Assembly (NCBI GenBank): GCA_050012755.1
Contig: JBEKGO010000005.1
Coordinates: 1 to 64,000 of the forward strand
Source: Candidatus Bathyarchaeia archaeon
GTDB lineage: Archaea; Thermoproteota; Bathyarchaeia; Bathyarchaeales; Bathycorpusculaceae
Direction of reading: 5' to 3'
DNA: 64,000 nt
Under the pieces are notes generated by a model. It saw only the letters and a program-made list of their open reading frames with translations, ran no database searches and was not told where the DNA came from. A program made the translations under genes and the position numbers. Shown here piece by piece: positions 20,053 to 29,267 of the stretch; the first letter of the stretch is position 1, and the number at the start of each line of letters is the position of its first letter.

Positions 20053-21343
20053 ATTCTGTCTCCTCTTTTACCAAGTTTTTTAATTTCTCTTTAATATTTC
20101 TATTTACAATATTTCTTTCAATTGTTGGAGAAATGTAAACTTTGATTACATTCTTCGCGGCAATTACATCTACTATATCTGATTCATTCCTTAATTCATA
20201 TTCAGCCTTTGTCGGATGATCTAATAAAATACGCCTTGGAGTTCTTGACTTAATGATGTCACATATTATAGAATATTTCTCTTGCTGCAGTTCCTCTGCA
20301 AGTCTTAAAGACAAGTGTTCCGATAATTGATCTGGATCTTCTTCTAATTTTGCTAAAAACTCGGGTGACATTCTAAAATTTCGCTTCGTCAATTCGTTGT
20401 CAAGTTTTGACACATAAAGTAACCTTGGATTTTCAGCAGCTATTAGCTTAACTATTTCTGCACCCTTTTTCTTTAGCTGCGATAACATGCTCTCATCATC
20501 GGCTTCAACATAGGCATCGAGTTGAAAAGTTTGTCTAATGTCAGTATCAGTAGCGCATAGCAAAAAAGCTTTTTCCAACATTTTCTCCGCAATTCTTGAT
20601 TGTTCTATCAAATAAACCAAATCATACATGCTCTTCCAAATGACAACAAATAACTCAGCAGTTACCACTGCTTGTTTAGTGAAATCCAGACCTAAGATGC
20701 AATTTGGCATGTCGTCTTCTGAGCCTATAATGGTGTAAGACCTCAAAAAATGGCTTAAATCAAAACTGTACCTTAGTCCCACATGATAAGCATCTCGAAG
20801 AAGATAATCTAGTTTATCACAATCTAAAGGTCCGTCTATTATTTGATGCAGAAATGGATGAGAATGACTTTTCGGTCCAATTAATTGAATTACCGAACTT
20901 TTTGTTATGCCCCAATTTTCAATATCATTAGGTATTTTTTTTCTAATTATTTCTTCGGTCATTTCCTCATGAGTTTTTCCATTTATTAATTTTAGGACGA
21001 AATCGGCAGCATGAGAAAAGGGTGCGTGCCCTATGTCATGAAGAAAACCGGCAGCCATAACGTTATTTCTATTGTCGATTAAATTTTGCGATATGAACTG
21101 TTTTCCCTTATTTTTCATTTTTGTTGAAAGCATATCGACCATGTTACCAGCAAGTTGCATTGTTCCTAACGCATGCGAATACCTTGTATGGATTGCGCCT
21201 GGAAAATTCATGTAAGCCTTTAAACCTAGTTGACGAATGAACATCATTCTCCTTACTGATGGATGATCATTTATGGCTATCAACCATGGAGGAAATAGAA
21301 TAGTTCCTTGGATTGGGTCAGGCAGTTGATGACTTTGATTCAA
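20045..21343 (-). CDS. HD-domain phosphohydrolase (YwfO/SAMHD1-like dNTPase family)
   Basis: RQLG...HTRYSHALG, LHDIGHAPFSH, DCDKLDYLLRD. Confidence 0.85.
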   Translation of the reverse strand: MNQSHQLPDPIQGTILFPPWLIAINDHPSVRRMMFIRQLGLKAYMNFPGAIHTRYSHALGTMQLAGNMVDMLSTKMKNKGKQFISQNLIDNRNNVMAAGFLHDIGHAPFSHAADFVLKLINGKTHEEMTEEIIRKKIPNDIENWGITKSSVIQLIGPKSHSHPFLHQIIDGPLDCDKLDYLLRDAYHVGLRYSFDLSHFLRSYTIIGSEDDMPNCILGLDFTKQAVVTAELFVVIWKSMYDLVYLIEQSRIAEKMLEKAFLLCATDTDIRQTFQLDAYVEADDESMLSQLKKKGAEIVKLIAAENPRLLYVSKLDNELTKRNFRMSPEFLAKLEEDPDQLSEHLSLRLAEELQQEKYSIICDIIKSRTPRRILLDHPTKAEYELRNESDIVDVIAAKNVIKVYISPTIERNIVNRNIKEKLKNLVKEETEFD

Positions 21344-21490
21344 AGTAACTCTGTATGACTTATGGAACTAAATTGCTTAAAACACTTTTCAATTCTAACC
21401 TGCTGTTCAAATGAGGCATCATTAACGATAAGATATCATTAGATAAATAAAAGAGTGAACTGGGAGTGAAATCTTTATCATAGCGTAGGA

Positions 21491-21697
21491 TCAAGTCGCT
21501 CCCGAAAACCTATGGCCGCATTCATGGCAGAGGTAACGCTGAACCTTTCCTGTTCGGGTGTATCTCATTCCATCTTTGCAGTTTCTTTGACTGTTGCAAT
21601 CTGTGCAGGTTACAACCTTTCGTCTGGATTCGCCGCTGAGAATGTGTTCTGGGAAGATTTTGCCGGAGTCTGGGCAATTTACGATCTTGTGTTTCAA
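21491..21697 (-). CDS. Small Zn-ribbon protein (integrase N-terminus-like)
   Basis: CTDCNS..NCKDGMRYT..GKVQRYLCHECGHRFS. Confidence 0.6.
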   Translation of the reverse strand: MKHKIVNCPDSGKIFPEHILSGESRRKVVTCTDCNSQRNCKDGMRYTRTGKVQRYLCHECGHRFSGAT

Positions 21698-21887
21698 TTC
21701 TTATCGCTTCGGCTCTTTCGCCAAGCACGCTAAAAGAAAAGGGGGGGTTTTGCGGGAGATGTGTCCAGCCATCCTATATTAAGGATTTAATAAAGAGTTG
21801 ATGAAGGACAGTAGCGTCCAACCTAAGCGAATTCAGGGTTAATTACTCATGCACTAAATGTTTGCTTGATAAAAAAAGGAAATTAGT

Positions 21888-21941
21888 TGCGGAGAAACCT
21901 ACTGGGTGGTGATACCGCCTCTTTCTCTGGTGTTCGAATCC
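21888..21941 (+). repeat. Degenerate copy of the element right-end sequence
   Basis: 43/54 identical to 23098-23151; ends in TTCGAATCC. Confidence 0.75.
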
Positions 21942-22080
21942 AATCACCTTTGCAGAAGCACCTGGGATTTGATTTCCATTCTAGTCCTATTCGATCGCTT
22001 TCTCTTTATTTATAAGGAAGCTGGAAATGCATTGACAGGCCATTTATAAAGCAACTGTCAATGGAGGCTCACTACTTGCC

Positions 22081-22488
22081 TTATTCTTGAAGAGAAACGA
22101 GCATTTGACTGACACTAACTATCTTAACTCCCCTAAAATTCTTCAGTGCTACCAGATGGCTATCTCCAGAAACAATAAAGTCAGCTTTTCCATCATAAGC
22201 CGTCTCAACAACCATATCATCTTTAGGATCCTCTTCAACCAATTTGAGTTTCGAGACTACCTCCACCACTTCTGTTGCTTGCATCAGAGCGAAAATAATT
22301 CTGTGAATCTCATCCTCGTCAGTCCTAAATTTTGGCCTTCGAAGGACAGTGCCAAGCTCTCTTAGAAGCACGTCTGAGGTTACAATGCAGAATTCTTTCG
22401 AGATCCCTTTTCTTAAGAGTTCTCGCGGTTTGCCATCAGAGATTATGGCGCTAACCAAAACGTTGGTGTCAAGCACGACTCGAAGCAT
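22081..22488 (-). CDS. PIN-domain toxin (VapC-like)
   Basis: VVLDTNVLVSA...DPKDDMVVETA...IVSGDSHL. Confidence 0.9.
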   Translation of the reverse strand: MLRVVLDTNVLVSAIISDGKPRELLRKGISKEFCIVTSDVLLRELGTVLRRPKFRTDEDEIHRIIFALMQATEVVEVVSKLKLVEEDPKDDMVVETAYDGKADFIVSGDSHLVALKNFRGVKIVSVSQMLVSLQE

Positions 22489-22492
22489 TGGA

Positions 22493-22759
22493 TCATCTGT
22501 TTTCTTTTCTGGCTTCAGCTATTTCTTTTTGTATCTCTTTGTCAGATATTTTCAGCTGTTTTTGGTCCATCAACTTGAATAAGTCTTCCCATTCTTTCTT
22601 CAAGTCAGGAAGTTCTAGCTTTTTCATTATCACAGTGTCGCCTCTTCCGTAAACTAAAAACTTGGTTCTTGGTTTTATTCCAAGCTCCTTTCGTATCGAC
22701 TGAGGGATGACGACTTGCCCTTTCTCGCTCATTGTAGTTACTTCAAGCTCTTCGGTCAT
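22493..22759 (-). CDS. AbrB/MazE-family antitoxin
   Basis: MSEKGQVVIPQSIRKELGIKP; directly upstream of the PIN gene. Confidence 0.9.
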   Translation of the reverse strand: MTEELEVTTMSEKGQVVIPQSIRKELGIKPRTKFLVYGRGDTVIMKKLELPDLKKEWEDLFKLMDQKQLKISDKEIQKEIAEARKENR

Positions 22760-22840
22760 TCTTATCAGTAAGAATATTTTACTTTCACACTATTAATGCT
22801 TTCCACATATAAGGTCCCTTAAGTTTTAAGGGGCTTCAAG

Positions 22841-23044
22841 TCATGAAAACCTACGACCGCAGTCTCGGCAATAATAGCGCTGAAAGACTCCGGACGCCGT
22901 GTATCGTTTTGCGTCTTTTCGGTTCCTATCACTGCCGCATCGCGGGCACTTAACAATCGGCTTATCTGCTTGGCTGGTTTCATGCCAAAACTCTTTAGGC
23001 AATAACTTACCGCAATGAGGACAATTCATTACTTTTTGGTTCAT
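22841..23044 (-). CDS. Small double Zn-ribbon protein (likely start ATG 23044)
   Basis: MNQKVMNCPHCGK...CPRCGSDRNRKDAKRYTASGVFQRYYCRDCGRRFS; GGAG upstream; paralog of 21491..21697. Confidence 0.65.
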   Translation of the reverse strand: MNQKVMNCPHCGKLLPKEFWHETSQADKPIVKCPRCGSDRNRKDAKRYTASGVFQRYYCRDCGRRFS

Positions 23045-23144
23045 GTTTTTTTCTCCTGCCAAACTGTGTTCGAAGAGAAAAAAAAGGGAAAAGAAACTGC
23101 GAAGAAACGTATCGAGAGGTGATATCCCCACTTTCACTGGTGTC

Positions 23145-23165
23145 CGAATCCCTTCCCCGGCGCCA
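23145..23165 (+). other. att site: duplicated tRNA 3' end (tRNA-Ser-like)
   Basis: CGAATCCCTTCCCCGGCGCCA = T-loop half, T-stem, acceptor strand CCCCGGC, G discriminator, CCA; no 5' half of a tRNA upstream. Confidence 0.75.
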
Positions 23166-23587
23166 CATTAAGACCAGATATATGTTGAAGGGCTAAAATT
23201 GAAAAAGCCAAGGGTTCTGCTAAGGTCCGGGGTTAAGTAACGTTTCACAGCTTGGACAGAAATGGAGGATTTTATGCCTGTTCAGCAGATACTATTTTTC
23301 CTCATCTTCTACATTCAAACTCCACTTTCTCCAACGTAGTTACCGATTATTTTTAAAAAAATAAGTCGGAACAATTTAACTTTTGAGTAATTTCCGTCTT
23401 TTAAACCTGTGAGCTTAGGCTCGCCAAAAAACACAATATCTAATGGAATGAAATTGCTTTTGCAACATTTTCATGTATAAAAACTTTAATAGCCGAGGTT
23501 GCCGAGGTTGGTGTAAAATAAGAACTCCCCATGACCTCCCTCCTCCGCCTCTCTCTGTCTCTCTAAGTCTATCCAAGATGATGTGTC

Positions 23588-24487
23588 TTGCCACTGTTTG
23601 AAACAAGAAAGAGCAATATACTTCAAGATGCTGTTGTCTTAGATGCACAATCGGAGCCGCCGGGCGGAACACCTCTTTGCCGTGAAACGTATCTAGCTTC
23701 AATGGCTTCAAACATTTCCAGCATTTTCACTTCGGGCCGCGCCAGAAACCTCTTTGTTTGGGGACCCCCAGGGACAGGCAAAACAACAAGTATTCAATAC
23801 TTACTGAAGGAAACGCAGCAGCACTCAAAAGATATTACTTGTCCAGTTGCCGCAGCCTATGTAAATGCGGGCAGAACCAGAAATCCATATTATACTTTAC
23901 TTGAAATTCTTAAACAGCTTAATATTGAAGTACCAGAAATCGGATGGCAATTTTTTCGCCTTAAACAGGCTTTCGAGAGCACACTCAAAGAAAAACCCGT
24001 TTTAATAGCCATTGATGAAGTTGAAAGCATTCTCTTCAAAGAAAAAGAGCCTTTAATCTACTACTTGAATCGCCAGCCAAAAACAACACTAATTCTAATT
24101 AGCAACAAATTAAGTCAAGCGACTCAACTTCCGGAAAAATGCTTAAGCACATTACAACCGATGATGATCCTGTTTAATCCATACTCAGCATCAGAAGCAT
24201 TCCAAATTCTGAAAGCTCGAGCTCAGCGGGCCTTTAAACCAAACGTTATTTCGGATGAACTCCTATGCACTATTGCAAAAGCAACCGAGGACATGGCTGA
24301 TATTCGGCTTGGCATGTCAATGTTACTCACAGCCGCCCAATCAGCCGAAACGAGCCAAAAAACCACAATCAATAATGAAGACGTTCAATTTGCCATAGAA
24401 AATGCGCAGAGAGTGAAAAGCCTCACAACAATTAATGATCTAAGCAAAAAAGTAAAGAAACATCTTGGCAAGACAATCGATTTCTGA
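23588..24487 (+). CDS. Orc1/Cdc6-like AAA+ ATPase lacking the C-terminal winged helix
   Basis: GPPGTGKT, IAIDEVE, FNPYS..E..IL.RA, DIRLGM; only 299 aa. Confidence 0.8.
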   Translation: MPLFETRKSNILQDAVVLDAQSEPPGGTPLCRETYLASMASNISSIFTSGRARNLFVWGPPGTGKTTSIQYLLKETQQHSKDITCPVAAAYVNAGRTRNPYYTLLEILKQLNIEVPEIGWQFFRLKQAFESTLKEKPVLIAIDEVESILFKEKEPLIYYLNRQPKTTLILISNKLSQATQLPEKCLSTLQPMMILFNPYSASEAFQILKARAQRAFKPNVISDELLCTIAKATEDMADIRLGMSMLLTAAQSAETSQKTTINNEDVQFAIENAQRVKSLTTINDLSKKVKKHLGKTIDF

Positions 24488-24602
24488 AACGATAGCTTCA
24501 ATGTGCTCAGCCTTCAGACCTTAATTAGGTTTGTGAGGTGCAGATTTGGGTTAATTTTATATCTAAATCAAAGAATATCAAGTCAAGAGTGGATTTAGCA
24601 AT

Positions 24603-24791
24603 ATGGAGAAGATTGCTGAAGGCATCAGTGACTTTGGTGATTTCAAAGCTATTTTGTTTAGCACATCCAATGGACGCCATTTTGTTCGATTTGAGCCCCT
24701 AAACAGTGCCGAAAAATCTTATGTTGAGTGGCTTGGCGGAGACGAGTATTTAGAGTGGCTCAGATTGTGGGTTAAATGTTCTGCGATATAA
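24603..24791 (+). CDS. Hypothetical protein
   Basis: 62 aa ATG ORF downstream of an AT-rich promoter-like sequence. Confidence 0.45.
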   Translation: MEKIAEGISDFGDFKAILFSTSNGRHFVRFEPLNSAEKSYVEWLGGDEYLEWLRLWVKCSAI

Positions 24792-24855
24792 CTATTTTTA
24801 GATTCTGCTGAAGAATAATAGCAAAAAATGAGTAAGCAATGTTCTTGGTGAGTGA

Positions 24856-26706
24856 CTATTCTGTCATGAAGGCTATGTCGTCCCATGGATGTCTGTAGAG
24901 GCCTTGCTTAAGCCGTTTTTGGTCTAGGAAGTGCGCAGTCATACCGATGGTTCTCCCCACTACGAATAGACCATTGAGAGCTCCCATCTGAATGTATTCG
25001 TCGGCTTCCTGCTTTGTCATCTCGTTTCTGAGCATATCAACAAAGCAAATCCCTATGCATCCGTCCACGTTCAGGATGAGATTATCTTTTTTAGCTGTTG
25101 TAACTTTTTCCACTTCAAGGGCATAATCCAGCAGCGGTGTAGCTTTGAAATGTTTCTTAGCGTATTCCTTCAAGATGGAAACTCGCATGTCAGGGTTGTT
25201 TATACTCTTTATCAAGTGTCCAATGCCTTGGATGTTTTCACCTTTCTGCTTCATCTCTTCAACAAATTGAACAGGGGTTAAGCCTCTGTCATATGCATCA
25301 GTAAACATTTGGGCTGCACCATCGATTGCGCCTCCAAACCTAGGTCCGATTGTAAGCATACCACTCGCAACCGAAGAAATCAGATCCTTCCCTGCTCTGG
25401 CAGCAACTATGGTATTATGAGCGCCCGACACTGCAGGTCCATGGTCAGCAGTAACCATGATAGCCATTTCTATAAACTTGCTCGCGTACGTTGGAAACTG
25501 ACGCTTAAACCAGAGAGTGCTGAGGACCCCACCGATTCCTATGTCTTTTTTAAAGACCTCGGAAATGGGCATTTTGCCATAAAGCAGTTCTTCGCCACGG
25601 TCGTCTGAAATCGTGCATATAAAATTAGCGGGCTTCCTGATTAGCCCCTCTTTAAGCGCCTTAGCGTAGTCCATTGGGATTTTTGGCACTGGCGGCTCCG
25701 GCTTGGGCTTGATAACGCCCTTGCAAACCAGATTCTCATATGTTTCTCTTATTTTCTGGTCATAATCATCATATGAATTTGGAACGATAGCTCCAGCATT
25801 TCGCAATGCAGTGTTTTTTGCGTCTGCAGTTTCTACATCGCAGCCTGCTTTTGCGCCGGCATGGCCAAACTGCACTTCTGTTTTGAATGCTTTTGAGCAT
25901 GTTCCGGTGACCCAAATCACCAATGGCTTGGTTATTTTTTTGTTTTTAATAGCTTCTGCAATTTCGTATTCAGCGGTACCGCCTACTTCACCTAAGCATA
26001 CCAGCATTTTGATTTCTGGAATACACTCAAACCTAAGCAGATGATCGAGAAGGGTAGAGGCAGGATAAGTGTCTCCACCAATAGCTATGCCTTCGTACAG
26101 ACCATCCGTGTTTCTAGCGATGATGTTATATGCCTCGTTGCTTAGACCGCCCGATTTAGATACAAATCCTACGGAACCAGGTCTATGAAGTTTCGAGTCA
26201 ACGATGTTTTCAATCGTGCCGCCAGCGTTGCCAATTTTGAAACAACCAGCTTTTATTCCTCCCACAGTAGCGGGACCAATGATGACTTTTCCGAGAGCTT
26301 TGGCTTTAGCAGTGACCATTTTCATTCGCCGCTCAGGCACCCCTTCAGCTATTACTACAACCGTGCGTATCTGCGGTAGGGAAAGCGCTTCCTCAGTTGA
26401 AGATGCTGCTGACCTAAATGAAGCAAAATTTATTACAACATCAACGTTTGGATGCCTCTCGGTTGCCTTTGCGAAAGTCTTGTACATGGGTATTAGGATT
26501 TCTTTCTTGCCGAAGAAAAATTTTGAGAAGCTGTCTGAACCTGTAGGATTGATTATTGCTGCGACCGACGGGGTTTCGCGTCCTGCTACATAGTCGAAGT
26601 CTAGCATTCTCTGAGTTGCGGCTGCTTGGTTATTGTAAATGAATGCTTGAGTATTTCTATCGAACAACTCGCAATTGGAAGTTTTGGTTGATTTTGTTTT
26701 TGCCAT
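24856..26706 (-). CDS. aclA: ATP-citrate lyase subunit alpha
   Basis: [26 protein letters not shown] phospho-His loop, C-terminal [12 protein letters not shown] citryl-CoA lyase domain. Confidence 0.92.
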   Translation of the reverse strand: MAKTKSTKTSNCELFDRNTQAFIYNNQAAATQRMLDFDYVAGRETPSVAAIINPTGSDSFSKFFFGKKEILIPMYKTFAKATERHPNVDVVINFASFRSAASSTEEALSLPQIRTVVVIAEGVPERRMKMVTAKAKALGKVIIGPATVGGIKAGCFKIGNAGGTIENIVDSKLHRPGSVGFVSKSGGLSNEAYNIIARNTDGLYEGIAIGGDTYPASTLLDHLLRFECIPEIKMLVCLGEVGGTAEYEIAEAIKNKKITKPLVIWVTGTCSKAFKTEVQFGHAGAKAGCDVETADAKNTALRNAGAIVPNSYDDYDQKIRETYENLVCKGVIKPKPEPPVPKIPMDYAKALKEGLIRKPANFICTISDDRGEELLYGKMPISEVFKKDIGIGGVLSTLWFKRQFPTYASKFIEMAIMVTADHGPAVSGAHNTIVAARAGKDLISSVASGMLTIGPRFGGAIDGAAQMFTDAYDRGLTPVQFVEEMKQKGENIQGIGHLIKSINNPDMRVSILKEYAKKHFKATPLLDYALEVEKVTTAKKDNLILNVDGCIGICFVDMLRNEMTKQEADEYIQMGALNGLFVVGRTIGMTAHFLDQKRLKQGLYRHPWDDIAFMTE

Positions 26707-26707
26707 G

Positions 26708-28021
26708 TTATTTTCCGTCCTTCAAAGCCAATGAAACAATTTTGGTCATGTGAGTTTCTGGTCCATAGACTTCAATCGGCACACCTAGCTTCTCTCCGAG
26801 CTCTCTCATTTGACAGAGACCTTCCTTATAGTTTGGACCGCCTCTGCGAACGTAAATTTTGACTTTATTCTCTTGAAGATTTTTCTGGTACTCCTTAAGT
26901 GCTTTAATAATGCCTTTAAAAGTACTTGCGACGTCAGTGAAATTTGCGATGCCGCCACCTATGATTAGAAACTTGCCCTTTGGATGCGGCTTTCTTGTCA
27001 TGACATCAAGTATTGTTTTTGCGTAGAAGTAGGTGAATTCCTCGCTTGGGTCGCCAGAATATTCACCGTAGTTCGCCAATTCATGCATGAAGCCAAGGTC
27101 GGTAATTGTATCTGCATAAATGACTGAGGCACCGCCGCCTGCAACCATTGTCCATATTCGTCCTTCGGGATTAAGAACGGTTAACTTGAGCGAAGCTCCT
27201 GTCTTGGAATCTAATTCCTCGATGTAAGCTTCTTCTTTGGTCAGGATTCGACCGAAGGGTGCGGGAAACTCTATGTTGCCCCATTTTGCGCCGCTTTCAA
27301 ACTCGGCAGTGCTATCGATTTTGGCTGCAAGATCCAATGGAACAACGGAATCTTTTGTCACCACAATCGGATTCATTTCCAAATAAGTGAAGTTCAAGTC
27401 AGCATAGAATTTGAACAGGGCTTCTATGAAGCCAGAAATACGTTTTTTCCGATCAATGGGAACGGATGACAACAGTTTCTTCTCGATTTCCGCTACTTTT
27501 GGGAATGTACCAATCGGTACTTCTAATCGGACTGCCTTTGTGTCTACATCGCCGACATTCACGCCACCTTTAGGGTAGAACAGGATTGTGTCGCCGTCTT
27601 TAGTTGACATTATGGCTAGATAAGATTCATCAGATTCTTTGTGAGGTACCATCGGTTCGATGATAAAGTGGGTAAGTTGTCCAACAGTTCCTTTATCGGC
27701 GGGTTTTCCGTTGGCGTCAAACTTCCCATGAATCGTTATTGGTTTCTGGGATTTTTCCTCTATCCATGCTTTGGCTTGGTCGTAATTGGCGTTGAGTAAG
27801 ACAAGGTTGTTCTTTCCTCTGCGCTTAATCAGCTGGTCAGGTTTGACAACCAATTTCTCGGTGGTTAGCCATTTGTGCTCTTTCGGCAGCTTCTTCATAT
27901 CAGTACTGGGATCAACTGTGACAATCTTATCTGAAATGTCGTATTTTCCTTCCGAGTAGTCATTGAACAAACGAGCGAGCATCCGTTTGCCGTCAGCTTC
28001 CCTAATCGCTTTGTGCGCCAT
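26708..28021 (-). CDS. aclB: ATP-citrate lyase subunit beta
   Basis: [41 protein letters not shown]. Confidence 0.92.
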   Translation of the reverse strand: MAHKAIREADGKRMLARLFNDYSEGKYDISDKIVTVDPSTDMKKLPKEHKWLTTEKLVVKPDQLIKRRGKNNLVLLNANYDQAKAWIEEKSQKPITIHGKFDANGKPADKGTVGQLTHFIIEPMVPHKESDESYLAIMSTKDGDTILFYPKGGVNVGDVDTKAVRLEVPIGTFPKVAEIEKKLLSSVPIDRKKRISGFIEALFKFYADLNFTYLEMNPIVVTKDSVVPLDLAAKIDSTAEFESGAKWGNIEFPAPFGRILTKEEAYIEELDSKTGASLKLTVLNPEGRIWTMVAGGGASVIYADTITDLGFMHELANYGEYSGDPSEEFTYFYAKTILDVMTRKPHPKGKFLIIGGGIANFTDVASTFKGIIKALKEYQKNLQENKVKIYVRRGGPNYKEGLCQMRELGEKLGVPIEVYGPETHMTKIVSLALKDGK

Positions 28022-28034
28022 TCATATCTACTCT

Positions 28035-29261
28035 CTATTGAAGCTTTTTCCTGAGTCTTTTTGCTACTTCAGCAATAAACTCTTCGGTGTCAACCTTTCT
28101 GTTCTTCGGGTCAGGTGCAGCAACAAGCATCAGGTCACCAGTCATTACTCCGCTTTCAACAGTTTCAAGAGCTGCTTCTTCGAGTTTCTTCGCGAAATCC
28201 GCAACTTCAGGTGTCTTGTCAAGCTCGCCTCTCTTTCTAAGGCAACCAGTCCAAGCGAATATCAAAGCCATTGAATTGCTTGAGGTCTTTTCGCCCCTGA
28301 GATATTTGTAGTAGTGTTTCTGAACTGTACCATGTGACGCTTCAAACTCGTAATATCCTTGGGGACTGACAAGGACGGAGGTCATCATTGCCAAGCTGCC
28401 GTAGGCTGAGCCTAACATGTCGCTCATGACGTCGCCGTCATAGTTCTTGCATGCCCATAGCAAACCGCCCTCTGTTTTCATTATTCGGGCAACTGCGTCA
28501 TCGATGAGAGTGAAAAAGTAATCAAGCCCAGCTTCCTTGAACTTGATTTCCCAGTTCTTCTTGTACTCTTCCTCGAAGATCTTTTTGAATTGTGCATCAT
28601 ATGTTTTAGAAATCGTGTCCTTAGCGCCAAACCAGAGGTGTATCTTCTGGTCATAAGCGTAGGTAAAGCAAGCCTTCGCGAAGCTCTCTATTGACTTGTC
28701 GGTGTTGTGAATGCCTTGAATAACTCCTGGACCCTTGAAAGCCTGAATGGTTCCCCGCCAAAGCTCCTTCCCAGCGGTGTTCGTGAAAAGTATCTCGGCT
28801 TTTCCAGCTTCGGGAACTCTGTACTCACAATTCTTATACACATCGCCGTAAGCGTGTCTGCCGATATGAATTGGTTTTTTCCAGGAAATGACAGACGGCG
28901 GAATGTTTTTCACTAAAATCGGTGCTCTGAAAACTGTGCCATCCAAGGCGGCTCGGATGGTTCCGTTGGGGCTACTCCATTCTTTCTTGAGGTTGTATTC
29001 CTTAACGCGATCTTTGTTCGGTGTGATGGTGGCGCATTTTACTCCGACACCGTATTTCTTTATGGCTTCTGCCGCCTCAAGAGTTATTCTGTCTTCAGTT
29101 TCATCCCTTTTCTTCAATTGAAGGTCATAATACGCAACACTCATATCTACATAGGGCAAAAGTAGCTGGTCTTTGACCATTTGCCACATTACTCTAGCCA
29201 TTTCGTCTCCGTCGATTTCAACAATTGGTGTCTTAATTTTTATTTTGCTCAATCTAAGCAT
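28035..29261 (-). CDS. icd: NADP-dependent isocitrate dehydrogenase
   Basis: [35 protein letters not shown]. Confidence 0.93.
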   Translation of the reverse strand: MLRLSKIKIKTPIVEIDGDEMARVMWQMVKDQLLLPYVDMSVAYYDLQLKKRDETEDRITLEAAEAIKKYGVGVKCATITPNKDRVKEYNLKKEWSSPNGTIRAALDGTVFRAPILVKNIPPSVISWKKPIHIGRHAYGDVYKNCEYRVPEAGKAEILFTNTAGKELWRGTIQAFKGPGVIQGIHNTDKSIESFAKACFTYAYDQKIHLWFGAKDTISKTYDAQFKKIFEEEYKKNWEIKFKEAGLDYFFTLIDDAVARIMKTEGGLLWACKNYDGDVMSDMLGSAYGSLAMMTSVLVSPQGYYEFEASHGTVQKHYYKYLRGEKTSSNSMALIFAWTGCLRKRGELDKTPEVADFAKKLEEAALETVESGVMTGDLMLVAAPDPKNRKVDTEEFIAEVAKRLRKKLQ

Positions 29262-29267
29262 CCTCTT

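Larger units (their letters stand above)
1..23165. mobile_element. Integrated element / defence island (left end outside window)
   Basis: Integrase at the left edge, divergent repressor/RHH pair, defence cargo, tRNA 3'-end fragment at 23145-23165; mostly core genes follow. Confidence 0.8.

Noticed and set aside
21491-21697. IS1-family transposase (InsA-like Zn finger)
   Set aside because: No DDE/InsB frame or terminal inverted repeats nearby; better explained as a paralog of the integrase N-terminus.
23090-23165. Complete tRNA gene
   Set aside because: Only the 3' ~21 nt are tRNA-like; no GCCGGGG 5' acceptor strand, D arm or anticodon arm upstream.
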